Notes under the pieces: generated by a model
Told to the model about the DNA's origin: nothing
Seen by the model: the letters and a program-made list of their open reading frames with translations, nothing else
The model's database searches: none
Assembly: GCF_004010195.1 (NCBI RefSeq)
Contig: NC_057719.1
Coordinates: 32,114,315 to 32,178,277 of the forward strand
DNA from: Chiloscyllium plagiosum
Lineage: Eukaryota
Direction: 5' to 3'
Length of the DNA stretch: 63,963 bases
Shown: piece by piece, positions 36,676-50,249 of the stretch
Numbering within the stretch: position 1 is the first letter of the stretch
Layout of the letters: each line of letters opens with the position of its first letter
Position numbers and translations under genes: made by a program

Positions 36676-37559
36676 ATTCTGAAAGCTACATTTCAAATGA
36701 CTGACAATCAAATGATCTCTGAGTATCGTGAGACTTCTTTCCTGGATTAAGAACCAATCTTATCTCTAAAAAGAACATTGTTTCTGAAGTAACTCTGGGG
36801 TCAGGCCAAAAGATAATCAAAGTCTATTTGACATCTTCAGTGAAATAAGTTGGTTCACCTTTCATCGCAAAGGCCTTTGGCTGACTGAACCTCAGGGCTG
36901 AGGAGCCATTAACTAGAAAGCAAATTGATTATGGTAACACCTTATTTGGGCACTTCCTGGGAGGTCACATGATAAGGCTTGCCTCTTTGCTCCTTGTTAA
37001 AAGAGATATTGGTAAAAGTTAAAGTGGCTTTTCAATAATTCCATCAGACAGAATATCTATCAAACCATGCAGTCAGCCAAGTAACTAACTGCAATGTCTG
37101 TTCAGTAGCATGGAATTGAGTATTCTGACAAGTCATGGATTGCTGACTTCACAGGCTCCTGTCTTGCCTGGGGCTGAGCAGGAGTTTGGTTTCTGGCAGT
37201 CCTCCAAATGCCAATGGCCTGGGTATTTCTCCCTGAGCCAGCAACAGAGCTTCTGCTTTCAGCAGCTCATGGTCCCAAATGTTAAACGTGTGTGACATTC
37301 CCAACGATATATCAGTATCGAAGCTAGAGGAGGATGAAGGGGACAGCTTTGTTGATGCTTCCTCTGAGACCTCGGAAGTCTGTTCTCCATCGGTCGGGGC
37401 AGTGGCTATCACACTGGCACCTACAATACATGAGAGATAGAAGGCATTGTGGCCAGTGGATAGGAATGGTGTACAATGGGTGACTCTGGCAGCGGGGTTA
37501 ATGTGGGGCTGGAATGAAGAATGCTGCTTACTCGGTTAGTGACACACAGATGTTTTTGC

Positions 37560-37760
37560 CTCCCTGTAGGAACAGTCCTGGATTTCTCCATCAATGGAGA
37601 GGGTTTTTCACTTGTGGTGGGTGAGGAGCCTAATGTCACCACCTGTCCACTTGTCCTAGCCTCTCTCTGTCCAGTAAAGGGCTGTTTTCTCCTGTAATAT
37701 GAGGAAGGAAAGGATAGAGTGAGGTGAAAGCAGCACAGCCACTGGTGCTGGTGTAGGTGG
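37560..37760 (-). pseudogene. Decayed Harbinger Myb/SANT protein C-terminal remnant
   Basis: cag|EKTALYWTER...TGGDIRLLTHHK*KTLSIDGE resembles EK.AHN.RER..TGGG...LT..EE....I.G. Confidence 0.4.
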
Positions 37761-38777
37761 TCAAAAAGCAGTGAGGCTTCCTGAGTGAGTGATGGGCAGA
37801 GCAGAGACTGGAATAGTGCTGTAGGAAGGTTTGGTGGGAAGGGCAAAAGCAACAAAGTGAGGGAAGATGTTGCATGCAACAGTGAGAGTGGCAGATCATG
37901 AGTTTTGGTGGGAGGTAGGTACGGAAATAGAGGTAGAACGATTGTGAGAATCATGCATGTCCTCAAACTACCTAGCAGGATCGATGAGCATGCAGGCACA
38001 AATGCAGGACAAGCATTCATCCACATCCTGGTCCCACTCAAAATATAAAATGCAATTTCAGGCTCAATACCTTTTATCTGTTGTTGCAGTGGAAATATGA
38101 CCTAACTTCTGTTGCATCTGCCATTCTCTGGAGAAAATGTTCTGAGCATTTTCTATCATTGTTTTTCAACTTTCACCCAGTTATTTAGCATGAAAATAGA
38201 TGTGAAGAAATAGCTGAGACATTATCAAATCTTTTTTAATCAAACCAACTGTAGAAGCAAGAGCTGAGAAAACCAGTGAATAAAATCTGACAGCACAATA
38301 CATTGGCCCGGATCTGAAATCATTGCATAGTGAATTGCTACTGCAAAAGGCAGCTAGATGGCATCATTTTCTTACGCTAGAGCATATTGAAAACCGAAAC
38401 AAAGGTTTAAGAATGTATTTGCTAATGGAGAGAGGATGGTGAGTACACCAAAATAAAATAATTATCTTCAAGGCTGTCTGCTGCTTCTTTGTGAAATTCT
38501 TGTTGCTTTCTGGGGATGGGTTCTTGGAGAATGGTTCAGCTAATGAGTTTGTGAAGGGTGAAGTTGGCTGACTGCACACGCGCTTTATATGCAATGCATG
38601 TGCATGCACACGTTCACTCTCAGAAAACCATGGATGAGTGCTCATTGGAGTTGCAGTGGGCAAAAAGACAAACAGCAATTATGTGTGGATAAGTGAAATT
38701 GAGAAAAGCAGACAAACAAGCCTCAGAACTTTACCATAAATACTTTTGCTGTTCATTTCAATGTATAAATAATTTAT

Positions 38778-39010
38778 TCTTTTTCACGCAGAGGGTGGTA
38801 CGTGTATGGAATGAGCTGCCAGAGGATGTGGTGGAGGTTGGTACAATTGCAACATTTAAGAGCATTTGGATGGGTATATGAATAGGAAGGGTTTGGAGGG
38901 ATATGGGCCGGGTGCTGGCCGGTGGGACTAGATTGGGTTGGGATATCTGGTTGGCATGGACGGGTTGGACCGAAGGGTCTGTTTCCATGCTGTACATCTC
39001 TATGACTCTA
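38778..39010 (+). mobile_element. Young CR1 3' end
   Basis: FFTQRVVRVWNELPEDVVEVGTIATFK; GGACCGAAGGGTCTGTTTCC...CTATGACTCTA tail. Confidence 0.9.
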
Positions 39011-39130
39011 AATATATCATTTGACTTCTAAACATTAAAAAAAAGCAAAAGCCAAACTGAGTCAGGGATGTAATAATGACAAATTACAGGTGAATCCTAC
39101 TTAACATGACTATTGGTTAGAATTCATCAC

Positions 39131-39446
39131 TCAGTGGCTCAGTGGTTAGCACTGCGGCCTCAGAGCGCCAGGGACCTGGGTTCAATTCCCGCCTCAGGCA
39201 ACAGTCTGTCTGGAGTTTGCACATTCTCCCAGCGTCTACATGGGTTTCCTCAGGGTGCTTTGGTTTCCTCCCATAGTCCAAAGATGTGCAGGGTAGGTGA
39301 ATTGGCCATGCTAAATTGCCCGTAGTGTTAGGTGCATTAGTCAGGAGTGAATATAGGGGAATGGGTCTGGGTGGGTTGCTCTTCGGAGGGTCGGTGTGGA
39401 CTTGTTGGGCCAAAGGCCCTGTTTCCACACTGTAGGGAATCTAATC
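39131..39446 (+). mobile_element. HE1-type SINE, near full length
   Basis: A box TGGCTCAGTGG, B box GGTTCAATTCC, core GGAGTTTGCACATTCTCC, CR1-derived tail. Confidence 0.9.
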
Positions 39447-40247
39447 CCAATATCCAAACATTAGTGAAATGTGAATTGTGTGCAATGAAACGTAATTTCC
39501 AAATTTACTCACAGGGATGAGCACGTTAAAAATATTGGGTAGCAGTTAGTTGCTTTATCTAAATCACATTAATAACTTTGGAAGTATCTGTACTTTAAAC
39601 TGTTGGTGTGATTAGGAATTAACAGCTAAAAATGTAAAAAAAGAAATCACACTTTAATTTCAATCACAATTACACAGCCCCAAAAGGAATAAGGTTTAGT
39701 TTCTCACTAGCCTTTGAAGTGTATTTTCTATTTCTAGAATTATAGGACCTTTTTCCTGAGGATTAGGAAAGGAAAAATAATGAGATTTTCTTTCGCTCCA
39801 GCTGCATGTTTTTGTACAATCCATTTATCCTGCTCAATCCACATGAGGTAATCCTCAAAATTTTGATTTCACCTCATTTTACGAAAGCTCTGAGAAGATT
39901 TGACCATCCATCATTGCATCCTAATAAAGGCTTACAAAAAGAAGTTATTTCTATATTTGCAAAACAATTCATCATGCAACTGGCTTAGTGAATCAACTAA
40001 AACATTTCATTTCTAATATTTGTAATGCTTCAGCGATTTGCCAGGAAATGATTTTCTTCAAGGCCAATTTTAGCTCAGTTATGAAATTACTTGGAATAAA
40101 TCATTCACACCATTGACAAGCATAGTCACTTTGTAACACATGACAAAGAATGGTTTTGCATGTTTAATTGGAACAATCGCAGAGGTCCATATTGTCTATT
40201 CCAATGTTTTTATTCTATTGATAATGGAAAATTTCGAGATTTCGGGA

Positions 40248-40380
40248 ATTCCTGAAAGAAGGGCTTATGCCCGAAACGTCGATTCTCCTGTTCCTTGGAT
40301 GCTGCCTGACCTGCTGCGCTTTTCCAGCAACACATTTTCAGCTCTGATCTCCAGCATCTGTAGTCCTCACTTTCTCCTCA
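40248..40380 (+). mobile_element. PLE tail family A monomer
   Basis: GGGCTTATGCCCGAAACGTCGATTCTCCTG... matching 23886 onward. Confidence 0.8.
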
Positions 40381-40536
40381 ATCTTTCATCTATGGCTTGT
40401 GAATGAGATGTGCCAGATTACCAAAGAATCAAGTTCCAATAGCTGCTCTACACAGCAATTTTGGAAGGAAAGTGGATATCCTTAACTAGTCTAGCCTATG
40501 TGTGACTTCATCCCCATCACAATGTAGTTTGTTTTT

Positions 40537-40812
40537 TTTAGATTACATTACAGTGTGGAAACAGGCCCTTCGGCCCAACAAGTCCACACCGACCCGCCGA
40601 AGTGCAACCCACCCATACCCCTACATTTAACCCTTACCTAACACTACGGGCAACTTAGCATGGCCAATTCACCTGACCTGCACATCTTTGGATTGTGGGA
40701 GGAAACCGGAGCACCCTGAGGAAACCCACGCAGACACGGGGAGAATGTGCAAACTCCACACAGATAGTCGCCTGAGGCGGGAATTGAACCTGGGTCTCAG
40801 GCGCTGTGAGGC
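40537..40812 (-). mobile_element. Young HE1-type SINE inserted in an older SINE fragment
   Basis: Near-identical to 48387-48677; CpG-rich. Confidence 0.9.
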
Positions 40813-42406
40813 CGCCCACAAAGTTGACTCTTGACTGCCTCTGAGCAATTAGAGATGGGCTAGAGATACTAGGCTCATATTTATTGATGTATTGCCTTGT
40901 CATTTAGGGAAAGCCAAGAAACTTGTCGTAGTTGTCGGCAGGCGTCAATCATTTCAAAGGAGATAGCCTTCAGTCAAAATCTCCTGGCATAGTAAACTAA
41001 GGCCTAGCCAGTGGCATCCACATCCCATGAATGAATAAAAAAAAATCAAATCACAAATAATCACCAAAATTGATGAATGTCAACACGTTAATTGATCAGA
41101 TAGGCTTTAATCTTGGAAATCCTAATGCTTGGGTTTCCTCTGGTGTTTTGATGGCTGAGCATGCATTGTTTTGCTTTAACCGGCTCCCTACCTGGAAGCT
41201 AAAGTGGTTGACAGGCTTGATTTCTTTTGAAGTGAGAATTGTGGAAAAGGCCACAGCTACAGCTGTCTACTCTGCTACTGGAGGATTGGAGCTAGCCTAG
41301 CCTCAAGCCCTAGATGCCAATTCGCAATGCATTTAGAGGGTCTCAAATAGCAGTGAGGCAATTACCTTCTTTCTAAAGCTGCCATCACTTCTGTTCAGCT
41401 GCTGCATTTCCTGGACCTGGCTAGGATTTTATGTCTATGACTGTATAATTGTGCAAAGCAGGCCAAACCAGTGATTGCCAGCCTTGTTAATCCATCTCCT
41501 GAGAATGTCTTGCCTTCTTTGGATTTGGGATTTTTAATGTTTTAAAATTGGCAGAGGTGTCTAGGCCTCTGCTATGCAGTCCAGGCAATGGTGTCATTCC
41601 TTCATGGTTACTGCATCTCTTCCATTATATATTTGGTGTCCTATTATTAGCCAGGTGTGGAGGGGATTTCCAGTGTTGCGTGGTAACCCAACTCACATCC
41701 TTCCTGGAGACCTTAGAACAACAAGAATAGCAGAGTACTTCACACAGGCTGAGGGCATTATAGCTGTTGTCAGTATTCTATTCACTGACACTGTAGACTG
41801 TGCATGTTTACACACAAGATTCACTGATGGAATTGTAGCTTGTGTGGTTCCTTTGCTTCTCCCTATTGTCTGAGTGACCTGCAGAGCCAATGATGCATGG
41901 TTGTTGGCTTCCTATGCTTTTGGAGTTCCCACTACCCAGCAAAGCCATACACCTTGTCATCCTTTTCTTTTGAGTGATTACACCATCATCTCAATCTGCT
42001 GTAATGGCACAGAGATAGCTAATCGAACCAAGTCAGCCTTTCTATATGTGTTTTTCAACACTGTAAAATGAAGACCTCCGATAATTACTCTAATGGTTTG
42101 AATAATCAATCTTACATATTGTGAAAAATCAATTCCAGGCATTGGTTTTATATCTTAATTAAAATACTTAACTATGTATTAAAAACATTAGAAGAGAAAG
42201 GATTAAATGACAAGGTAAGCTGATTAATGTCTATGCTTTAGATGGGAAATATTTATTTCCAGCCCTCATAAAAGGCAGACAAACAGGCAAACACTGTTAA
42301 AGGATAAACAAAAGAAACTAAGAAAACTGGCCAGATTACTTAAATGGTTTTCAGGATTTTTTTTTTAACAGGTATGAATGTGAACTCTTTGGTTGCTCTT
42401 CTGAAA

Positions 42407-42575
42407 TGTTAAAAATCACTCAGCACCAGGTTATAGTCCAACAGGTTTATTTGGATGTACTTCCTTTCAGAGCACTGCTCCTTTGTCAGGGAGCTAGTGT
42501 GGTAAGATCAGAAGACACAGAGTTTATAGCACGAGGTCTTAGTGTCATGCAAGTGATACAATATATTGAACAAAC
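42407..42575 (-). mobile_element. PLE tail family B, decayed
   Basis: CACCAGGTTATAGTCCAACAGGTTTATTTGGA matches 23097-23128. Confidence 0.7.
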
Positions 42576-43169
42576 CTACAACAAGCCAACATCTGGAATG
42601 TTGATCAGGGTCACCTTCTCAGTTCAATCAGGAAAAGGCAGCAATATGCCTAACTCGGCTTTCTCTTCTTTGAGCTTCAAGAAGCTGGGATCACAGGTCA
42701 GATAAGGAGCTTTCAAATCTTCACACTGTCTCAGCAACAATCAAGAAAACAACATTGAAAAAAACAACTTCATTTCTGGTTCTGCCCTATTAGACTGATT
42801 GCCTCTTCCTGAGGCCTTAATTACCATTCAACAACTGCCATCTGCTTATATATATGGTCTCCTCCAGACTTGCCAGAACCAATTCTCAGATACTAACTTT
42901 GTTAACAGTCAACTTCTGCTATCTGTTCAAACACAATACTCTTCCCAGAATTGTTGTGTCTGTTAGAATATTTTTAATTAATATTCAGCCAATGTTTAAC
43001 CTCCAGGCCTGACCTCACAAACAAATAAAACTGCTATATGCCTTTTGCCATAAATTGTCCCAAAGTCCACAACTCATTTCCAGCTTACAATTCCCAGTTA
43101 ACAACGGCAAACCCAAATCGATAGAAGAATAAAAATTAAACAAAAATGAAAATTCTGTGAGGGTTCTAA

Positions 43170-43330
43170 TAATGTATACAGTGACCCTGACCTCCAGATG
43201 CATTGACAGATGATTTGCTGATGGATAGGTCACCGGCTCACATCTGGAATGATCTGGCCATGCAGGAGTTTAATGCTGGATCATCAGTGTTAGTGCTGTT
43301 ATCACTTTGATGGGCTGTAGCTCACAGGGA
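43170..43330 (-). pseudogene. Harbinger (HARBI1-like) transposase N-terminal remnant
   Basis: Minus translation KVITAL...ARSFQM*AGDLSISKSSV resembles TALNF.A.GSFQ...GD..GISQSSV. Confidence 0.4.
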
Positions 43331-45269
43331 AAGAGGCAGCACACATCAGGTAACATTTCCTTGTTGAACTTTAAGCACTTGAAACATGGTGCATGAGTGA
43401 TGTGGAAGTAGGAGACTACACTCTCAAAGCATGTGACACAGGACCCTTCCCTTGCTGCTATTCAGAGGTCCCCCTCTCTGCAACCTCTGTTTCATCTTCC
43501 TGTCACCCTACTGCACTGACCTACTGCCCCGTGCCTGTGTACATTTAATGTGAACAGGTGACAAAGTCCTTTATCCTCCTTACAAAGATCACCCAAACAA
43601 TCTCCACAAAGACAACCTGCAGTATGTTCAAAAACTCTGTTATACCAGAAGTAGGTAAATAACACCCTAATTGCAAATTGGATAACAGGCTGTTTACATA
43701 GCCTGGGTCAAGGGGAGGGTCCTTCATGTTGGTGATTAGCACAGGCATTGATTGGATCTGTACGATCACAGTTACAAACGGTCACGTCAAACAGTTATAT
43801 TTGGTTGATTTAAGTCATGAATGGGGGACTCCTAATGCATTCACATCTCAGCATGCATCCCTGCCCTGGGTTTTGTGCTGGAAATGGCTGTCAGTGTACT
43901 ACACGATATTTTCTACCTTTGCAGCTTTTGTAGCTACAGCATCAGTAGCATTTTGGAGACTAATTTCAAACTAAAATGTTTGAAATTCATTGAAACATTT
44001 AACTTTCTAACAATACAAAATATGCATAGGTATTTGTAAGGGCAACTGATTTATGGTTTGTCTCAACATGAATCACTTATTCACTTCAGGGGTATAGAGG
44101 AGCATCATTAGAGAGAGTGTGGGATCCCTACCTCCCTAAAACTTTGCTTACTCCTCAAATATGCAAACATCCCCTCCATCATAACTTCTGATTTATCGTT
44201 TCATCTAATCTAGTCTCTTCAGCCTCTTGCTCCCATCTACCCTGCAGTTCCTGGCCTACTGCCAAATTCATTAACAGAAGAATGTCTGTGAAAATGGTGT
44301 TTTAACAGTTTGCAGTAACTAATTGCTTTTCCTCATTGTTCCTGATGAAAAAAAGTATTGAAGCAGTTTTTCCACTTACATGGGGAGCTGTTGTCTCCTT
44401 GCAGTAAATTACTGAGATGACTGAGCACAAAGTAGCCCCTTCATGGAGCATCCAGACCTGGAGTGTCTGAAGACAACTTGTCACAGGTTGCTTGAGAACT
44501 GCTAGTTTGACAGTTTCTTCATATATCGCACATCAGCGTTTCTGATTTATTCTTCAACATAGATAAATTAACTCAGCATCGAGACACAATTGAACTGGTT
44601 GGAGTGGATGAGCTGGGAAGTGCAAAAATAAAACATTTCAAACCTGATTCAAGCCCCCCTGGTCTGTCATACGCACCAACATCAGGTTCTCATGGAGGTC
44701 GATGGAATGGAGAGGCCAATCCATTTTCAGGAGATGAACCAGGTGGTCAAACCTCTTAAAGAGGCTGTCTGTCTCTATTTGACCAACCTTTTAGATCATA
44801 GCTCTTGTCAAATTGATTTCTTTGGTCTTGGGAAGTGGCAGCTAAAAGAATGGCAGCTTATGGGCCAGGAGGAAGAAAGGAATTTCCTTTTAGATAAACA
44901 AAGGCTCCCTGAAAAAAGGTTCTGCATTCTTACTGTTTTGCCCCACTGTCATTAAATACTGACAACTATCTCCAAACCCTCATGTCCCACCCACCTCTGA
45001 CTAACATCTCCCTCTTTTCTGGAGCTCCCCTATCTTGGCCATTAAAACCCCCTCAAACAATTGTTCATTGTTTCCTCCTCTGTTGCAGCCAGCTGCCCCA
45101 ATTTTCCCACCTAAACAGTCAGAAAACCCAGATTTCTGGGTTTCTAGATAATATCTTCTCCTCCTGATGTTGTGGTCCTATGAACATCTGTACGGTTTGT
45201 TCCTTTCAGAAAGGCTACATCTGACTTAGTTGGTTTAATGGCAACTATCTATAAGACACATGTTAGGAG

Positions 45270-45680
45270 TGTGATCCACTTGCTGGATGGGTGCAGTTCC
45301 AACAACATTGAAGAGGTTAGAGGTCATTCATGAAAAAGCAACCCATTTATTTGGTGCTCGCATCTAATACCTTTAACATTCATACTCTCCACTACTGTGG
45401 CAGCAGTGTGGGTCATCTACAAGATGCACTGCAACAATTCACCAAGGTTCTTTAGATAGTGCCTTCCAAATCTATCACCTCTACCTCTTAGAATGACAAG
45501 GACAGCAGACATATGGAACACCATTGCCTGCTGTGTCCCGTCCAAGTCACACACTATTCTGATTTGGAAATCCATCACAGTTCTTTCACTTTTGTTAAAA
45601 TCTCAGGGGTGTCCCTCCTCTTCAATGATCGCAGCAGTTGAAGAAAGCCGTTCATCACCACATTGTCCATGGCAATGAGT
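45270..45680 (+). mobile_element. Second LINE family, 3' fragment
   Basis: Homologous to 13370-13790. Confidence 0.65.
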
Positions 45681-46294
45681 AAAGAGAACTGAATGCTGAC
45701 TTGTGTGAATTGAAAACTAACGACTGCAAAATTATAGCTACTTTGAATGTTTAAAAATCTGTCCTTGGAATATATTTTGTTCAATCAGGTGTATTTTGTT
45801 TATTTGATACAATGGATAGTCATCATAACCTGCTAATGGGTTAGAAACTCGACTGAGATAATGACATTCCAGCTGTTGCACATAGTTTTAGGATGTTCTT
45901 TGAACTTCTTAATTTGCATTAAGGCTAGGTAAAGATATTTAATTACCATTCTCATTAATGATCTAAATTTTTTTCTCTGCTGTGTATTTAAGCGTTTTAG
46001 TTTTCCCTGTGGGCTGCTCTAATAGAAAACAATGGTTTAATCATTAATAGACACCTATTCTTTTGCTTAACTTGCTGATCAAAAATCTTTGCTATATGAA
46101 CTGATATTCTCAATTTTCTACTTAGTTTAAGCTAGCAACAGAAAATGAATCAGATTCTTATCTGATGCAAAAGGCTGCAATTAATTTTGGTACTATTTGA
46201 GACAAAGACAGAATGATTTAATAATCTTCCAATTACGGCATATTTCACTTCTAGTAGGAATGGTTTGAGCTAGATGGCAGAGTGAACTGCACAG

Positions 46295-46612
46295 TCAGAG
46301 ACACAAGCAATAAAGGTGCAGCTGTAATGATAGGTGACTTAAATCTGCATATAGATTGGGCAAATCAAGTCAATAATAGTATTGTAGAGGAGGAAACCCT
46401 GGAGTATGTATAAGATGCTTTCTGGATCAATACATTGAGGAACCAACTAGAGAACAGGCCATACTAAGGTGGGTATCATGTAATGAGAAATAATTAATTG
46501 GCAATCTAGCTGCGTAAGGCTGCTTGGAAAAGAGTGACCATGCTATGATAGACTTCTTCATTACAATGGAGAGTGACTCAGTTATTTCTGAGACTAAGAT
46601 CCTGAATCTGTA
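46295..46612 (+). mobile_element. CR1 endonuclease-domain fragment
   Basis: AVMIGDLNLHIDW...DQYIEEPTREQAIL...LGKSDHAMIDF. Confidence 0.8.
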
Positions 46613-48386
46613 TAAAGTGCTGTCTGGAGAAGTTTAAACTTGTTCAAAAGACGGATGAAACATAGAGCATTGATTCAATAAATGGTACGTGCATACATTA
46701 GTGAAGGAACCAAGGCAGAGGGAATTACGTCATGTTGCATTTCAAGGGAATAATGCAAGGTGATAGTAATGGTACCTAATTCCTCCCCTACATACTTGAG
46801 TATTAATCGGGCTTTTAAAGTATCTTCCACCTGAGAGGCAAGTGCAAATTATCTGTTTAATCCCTCCACCATTTCCTTGTTCCCATAATTATCTCCCCAG
46901 ATTTATTTTCTAAGGGCCATATGTTCATTTTGACTTTTCTCTTTAAAAGCCATTTTATACATTTAAAGAAGCTCTTATTTTTTATGTAAAGTAAGTACTT
47001 GGATATGTATTTGTAATGCCATAGCATTGAAGGTTATGTGTCAAGTGCTGGAAAGTGAGACCTAATGTATAATTAGAGTGGTATGGTTGTTATAGACTCA
47101 AAGGGCTGAAGGACCACTTCTATATTGTATGATTCTATGAAAGAAAATTATGACAATGTGGGGTGCATGCTGGCTATGATAAACTGGGAATGTTACTTCA
47201 AGCAATGACAATGGGTAGGTATTGGCAAATCTTTAAAGAGTGGAGAAGCTGTGACAATTGTTCATTCTGATCGAGCATAAAGGTGAAATGGGAAACGTGG
47301 TCCAATCATGTCTGACTCCTTCAAGATCCTGAGTTTCTCTCCCATCATTTGCAATGATATTATCATTATAGTTGGTGCTTCAGATACTCCTCAATATTAA
47401 ATCTTTTTGACCCTTACACCCTTATAAACCAGCACAGGAACCAGGAAATAATTTCACCTCTAATTTCTAAAGCAAACTCTGTTATCCTCCCACCCTGTAG
47501 AAAATTTCCATTTTGAAATGTGCTGCACAAACACAGCTTCTAACTTAACTGTACTTAATTTAGAAAGAAAACAAATGCTGAAACGTTTTCTATTTGATAT
47601 ACTGTAAAACTCTGCTTTCACAATGGAAGCCATAATTTCCACTGCATACATGCACTGCCATTTAGCAAAGTTCTAAATCCCTAGTCATTTCTAAATAAGA
47701 AATATTTTACATGCAGTCAGGATTGGTTTAAATTAGATGATTTATCATAATAGAACGGACGCAATTATGAGAAATGAGCCTCGCAGTTAACTAACAACAG
47801 CCTCCACCTTCTCCTCATTTACATCTTCAGAGGTTTTATTTTCTTTTACCTAAGGGATAAATTGATTTCTTTCTGAAGATGATTTTGCCTGTCACAGTGA
47901 CGAAACATAGCGAGTTTATTGTCTCTTTCAGTAAGTTGGCATGTGCCCGAGATTCTGATAACGGATGTATGTAGAGGTTACAGTAAAACAGCTTCCACAA
48001 TTAATACTCCTCCAGGGGTGTTTGAAGCTTTTGTTTTTAAACAAATATTTGGGACTGAGTTATTCATGAGTGTGTCATTTTAGTACAAGGCAAATTTTAG
48101 TACAAAGTGAAAAATAAACCGGAAGGCTCAGGCAATGAAAATGAGTACCAAGCAGGGTCAGATTTGGAATATTCACCACCTTGTTCAAAGGTGAACAGTG
48201 AGAGCCAAATTTTTTTGATATCTGACAGGAAACCAACAAACTCTTGGAAAACATGGCTTGGTCATTGCTTATTCATGAAGTATCTGTTTTTTGCCTTCAA
48301 CTTGCCAAAGAATATGATGGTCCGGGCTTAGAGTCAAAGGTGGGGATATGCTACATTGGCAATCCCTACTCAACGTAACAAATGTT

Positions 48387-48677
48387 TTTTAGATTTAGAT
48401 TACATTATAGTGTGGAAACAGGCCCTTCGGCCCAACAAGTCCACACTGACCCGCCGAAGCGCAACCCACCCATACCCCTACATTTACCCCTTACCTAACA
48501 CTACGGGCAATTTAGCATGGCCAATTTACCTGACCTGCACATCTTTGGATTGTGGGAGGAAACCGGAGCACCCGGAGGAAACCCACGCAGACACGGGGAG
48601 AACGTGCAAACTCCACACAGTCAGTCGCCTGAGGCGGGAACTGAACCCGGGTCTCAGGCGCTGTGAGGCAGCAGTGC
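48387..48677 (-). mobile_element. Young HE1-type SINE
   Basis: B box GGTTCAGTTCC, core and tail as in the other copies. Confidence 0.9.
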
Positions 48678-49911
48678 CAGTGCAGCCAGTGAAGTGTCTT
48701 GAACCCTGTGCCCTCTGCCCCACTAAAGAACCCTATCATTACATTTCCCTCAAACAATGCTTCTCTATCTGTCCCTTTGCTCATCAGGCTGAGGGCAGTG
48801 TCGCCAAGGTTAGGAATGCCAGGAATGCAGTTCTTCAATGGCCATCTCATCAATACTACTAGGACCAGGGATTGACGCAATGGACCACTAGGATTAGTTC
48901 CCAAGTTATTTCATGCCAATGGAAACAATATTGAATTGTCCAAGACTTATTACTTCTTACAGCTAAAATTGGGCTCACTATCTGGGCCTACAATGTGCAC
49001 AATTTCCCAGGATAGTGGCCTGCCCAAGATCTGTCTGTACATTTGGATCACTGTTAAATTAGTTTGGTCTGCACATCAACCTGAACTGAGTATAGGCCTG
49101 ATTTCACCACTAGAATGAGATTCCTGCCATCATTTCTGAATAAAATGTTTAAATTTCTTTGCCCTCCTCAGGGCTTATGTTTTGCCAGCATTTTTCTGTC
49201 AGTGTGGCCAGTCAGGTTGGGCTTATTGATGGTGTAGTTTGGTGCGGGCAACATTTTTGTGATGGATATTAATAAGTTGTACTCAACATCGCTTTATAAC
49301 CAGGAACGGTAAGAAAGGCTATCCTTCTGGAACCTTATAGATTCAGGAATGACTTGACATCACCATGACATAGCTCCTTCAATGTTCAGTATGTATTTCT
49401 TCATTAAAGGTATAATTAACTCATTTACTTCACAATGGAACCAACTATTATTGCTGGGGCACTTTGGTGTTTCCAAGAGGAGTGGTTGCCCAAATCCACT
49501 AGGAGGACACTGGGATTCACTTGTTTGACTCTCCTGTAGTTGAGAGCCTCGCTGCCATTGACAAAATCTTAGCATTAGTGTGAAGAGGCACTTCGGTGTC
49601 CACAAAAGTGGGGAGGAGGGCCATGCTCCATTTTGCCTGCTGACAGGAATAATGCCACAGCAGCGGAAAAGTCATGGGTACTCTTCAGATTGTTCAAACC
49701 TCGCCACACCACAGTCCTGTCCCACTCCTCATTAGATTCAGCCATCTGACTCCATGATGCTATCAGAACGCTTCACATTCCATGGTGCTGTCGTTGCGCT
49801 CCCCCACAATAACAACTAGTTGCTGGACTAATTCATTCTGGGGCCTAAAAATTAAGTTGGGGGGGCTTCCATCCATCACAATCAAATGATAAGGGGTCAG
49901 AACTAGTTTGC

Positions 49912-50030
49912 AGGGCACTTGTGGCACAATGGTAACATCCACATCTCTGGAACAGAATGCCTGGGTTTGAGCCCCACCTGCTCCAGAGGTATGTCATAAC
50001 ATCCTTGGACGCGTTGATTATAAATACCTA
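49912..50030 (+). mobile_element. Short tRNA-derived SINE head (not HE1)
   Basis: TGGCACAATGG (A box) and GGTTTGAGCCCC (B box) with tRNA-like spacing; no cloverleaf. Confidence 0.5.
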
Positions 50031-50249
50031 AGAGCTGGCTGATTTTGATGCCAGGGACACTGAGCATTATTGAAAGGACAGAAATTCAGAGTGGGAGATG
50101 TCCTAATGGGCTGAAAATACGGACAACAAAGGACAAAGGCATTTGGGTCCTGGTGGCAGCCAGAATGTGGAGGAAAACTGGTCTGAGAGGAAACACATTG
50201 TACAGTTTAATTTTTGTTTTCTTGATTCCTTGTTCCATCTTCAGATTGT

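Noticed and set aside
37421..38041. 206-aa minus-strand ORF
   Set aside because: Low-complexity composition, non-ATG start, overlaps a decayed Harbinger remnant in another frame.
39131..39210. tRNA gene
   Set aside because: The A/B boxes belong to an HE1 SINE head that continues into the SINE core and tail.
43558..43654. Possible host exon (cag|GDKVLYPPYKDHPNNLHKDNLQYVQKLCYTRS|gt)
   Set aside because: Weak polypyrimidine tract, unrecognised peptide, adjacent to Harbinger debris; RNA-seq would be needed.
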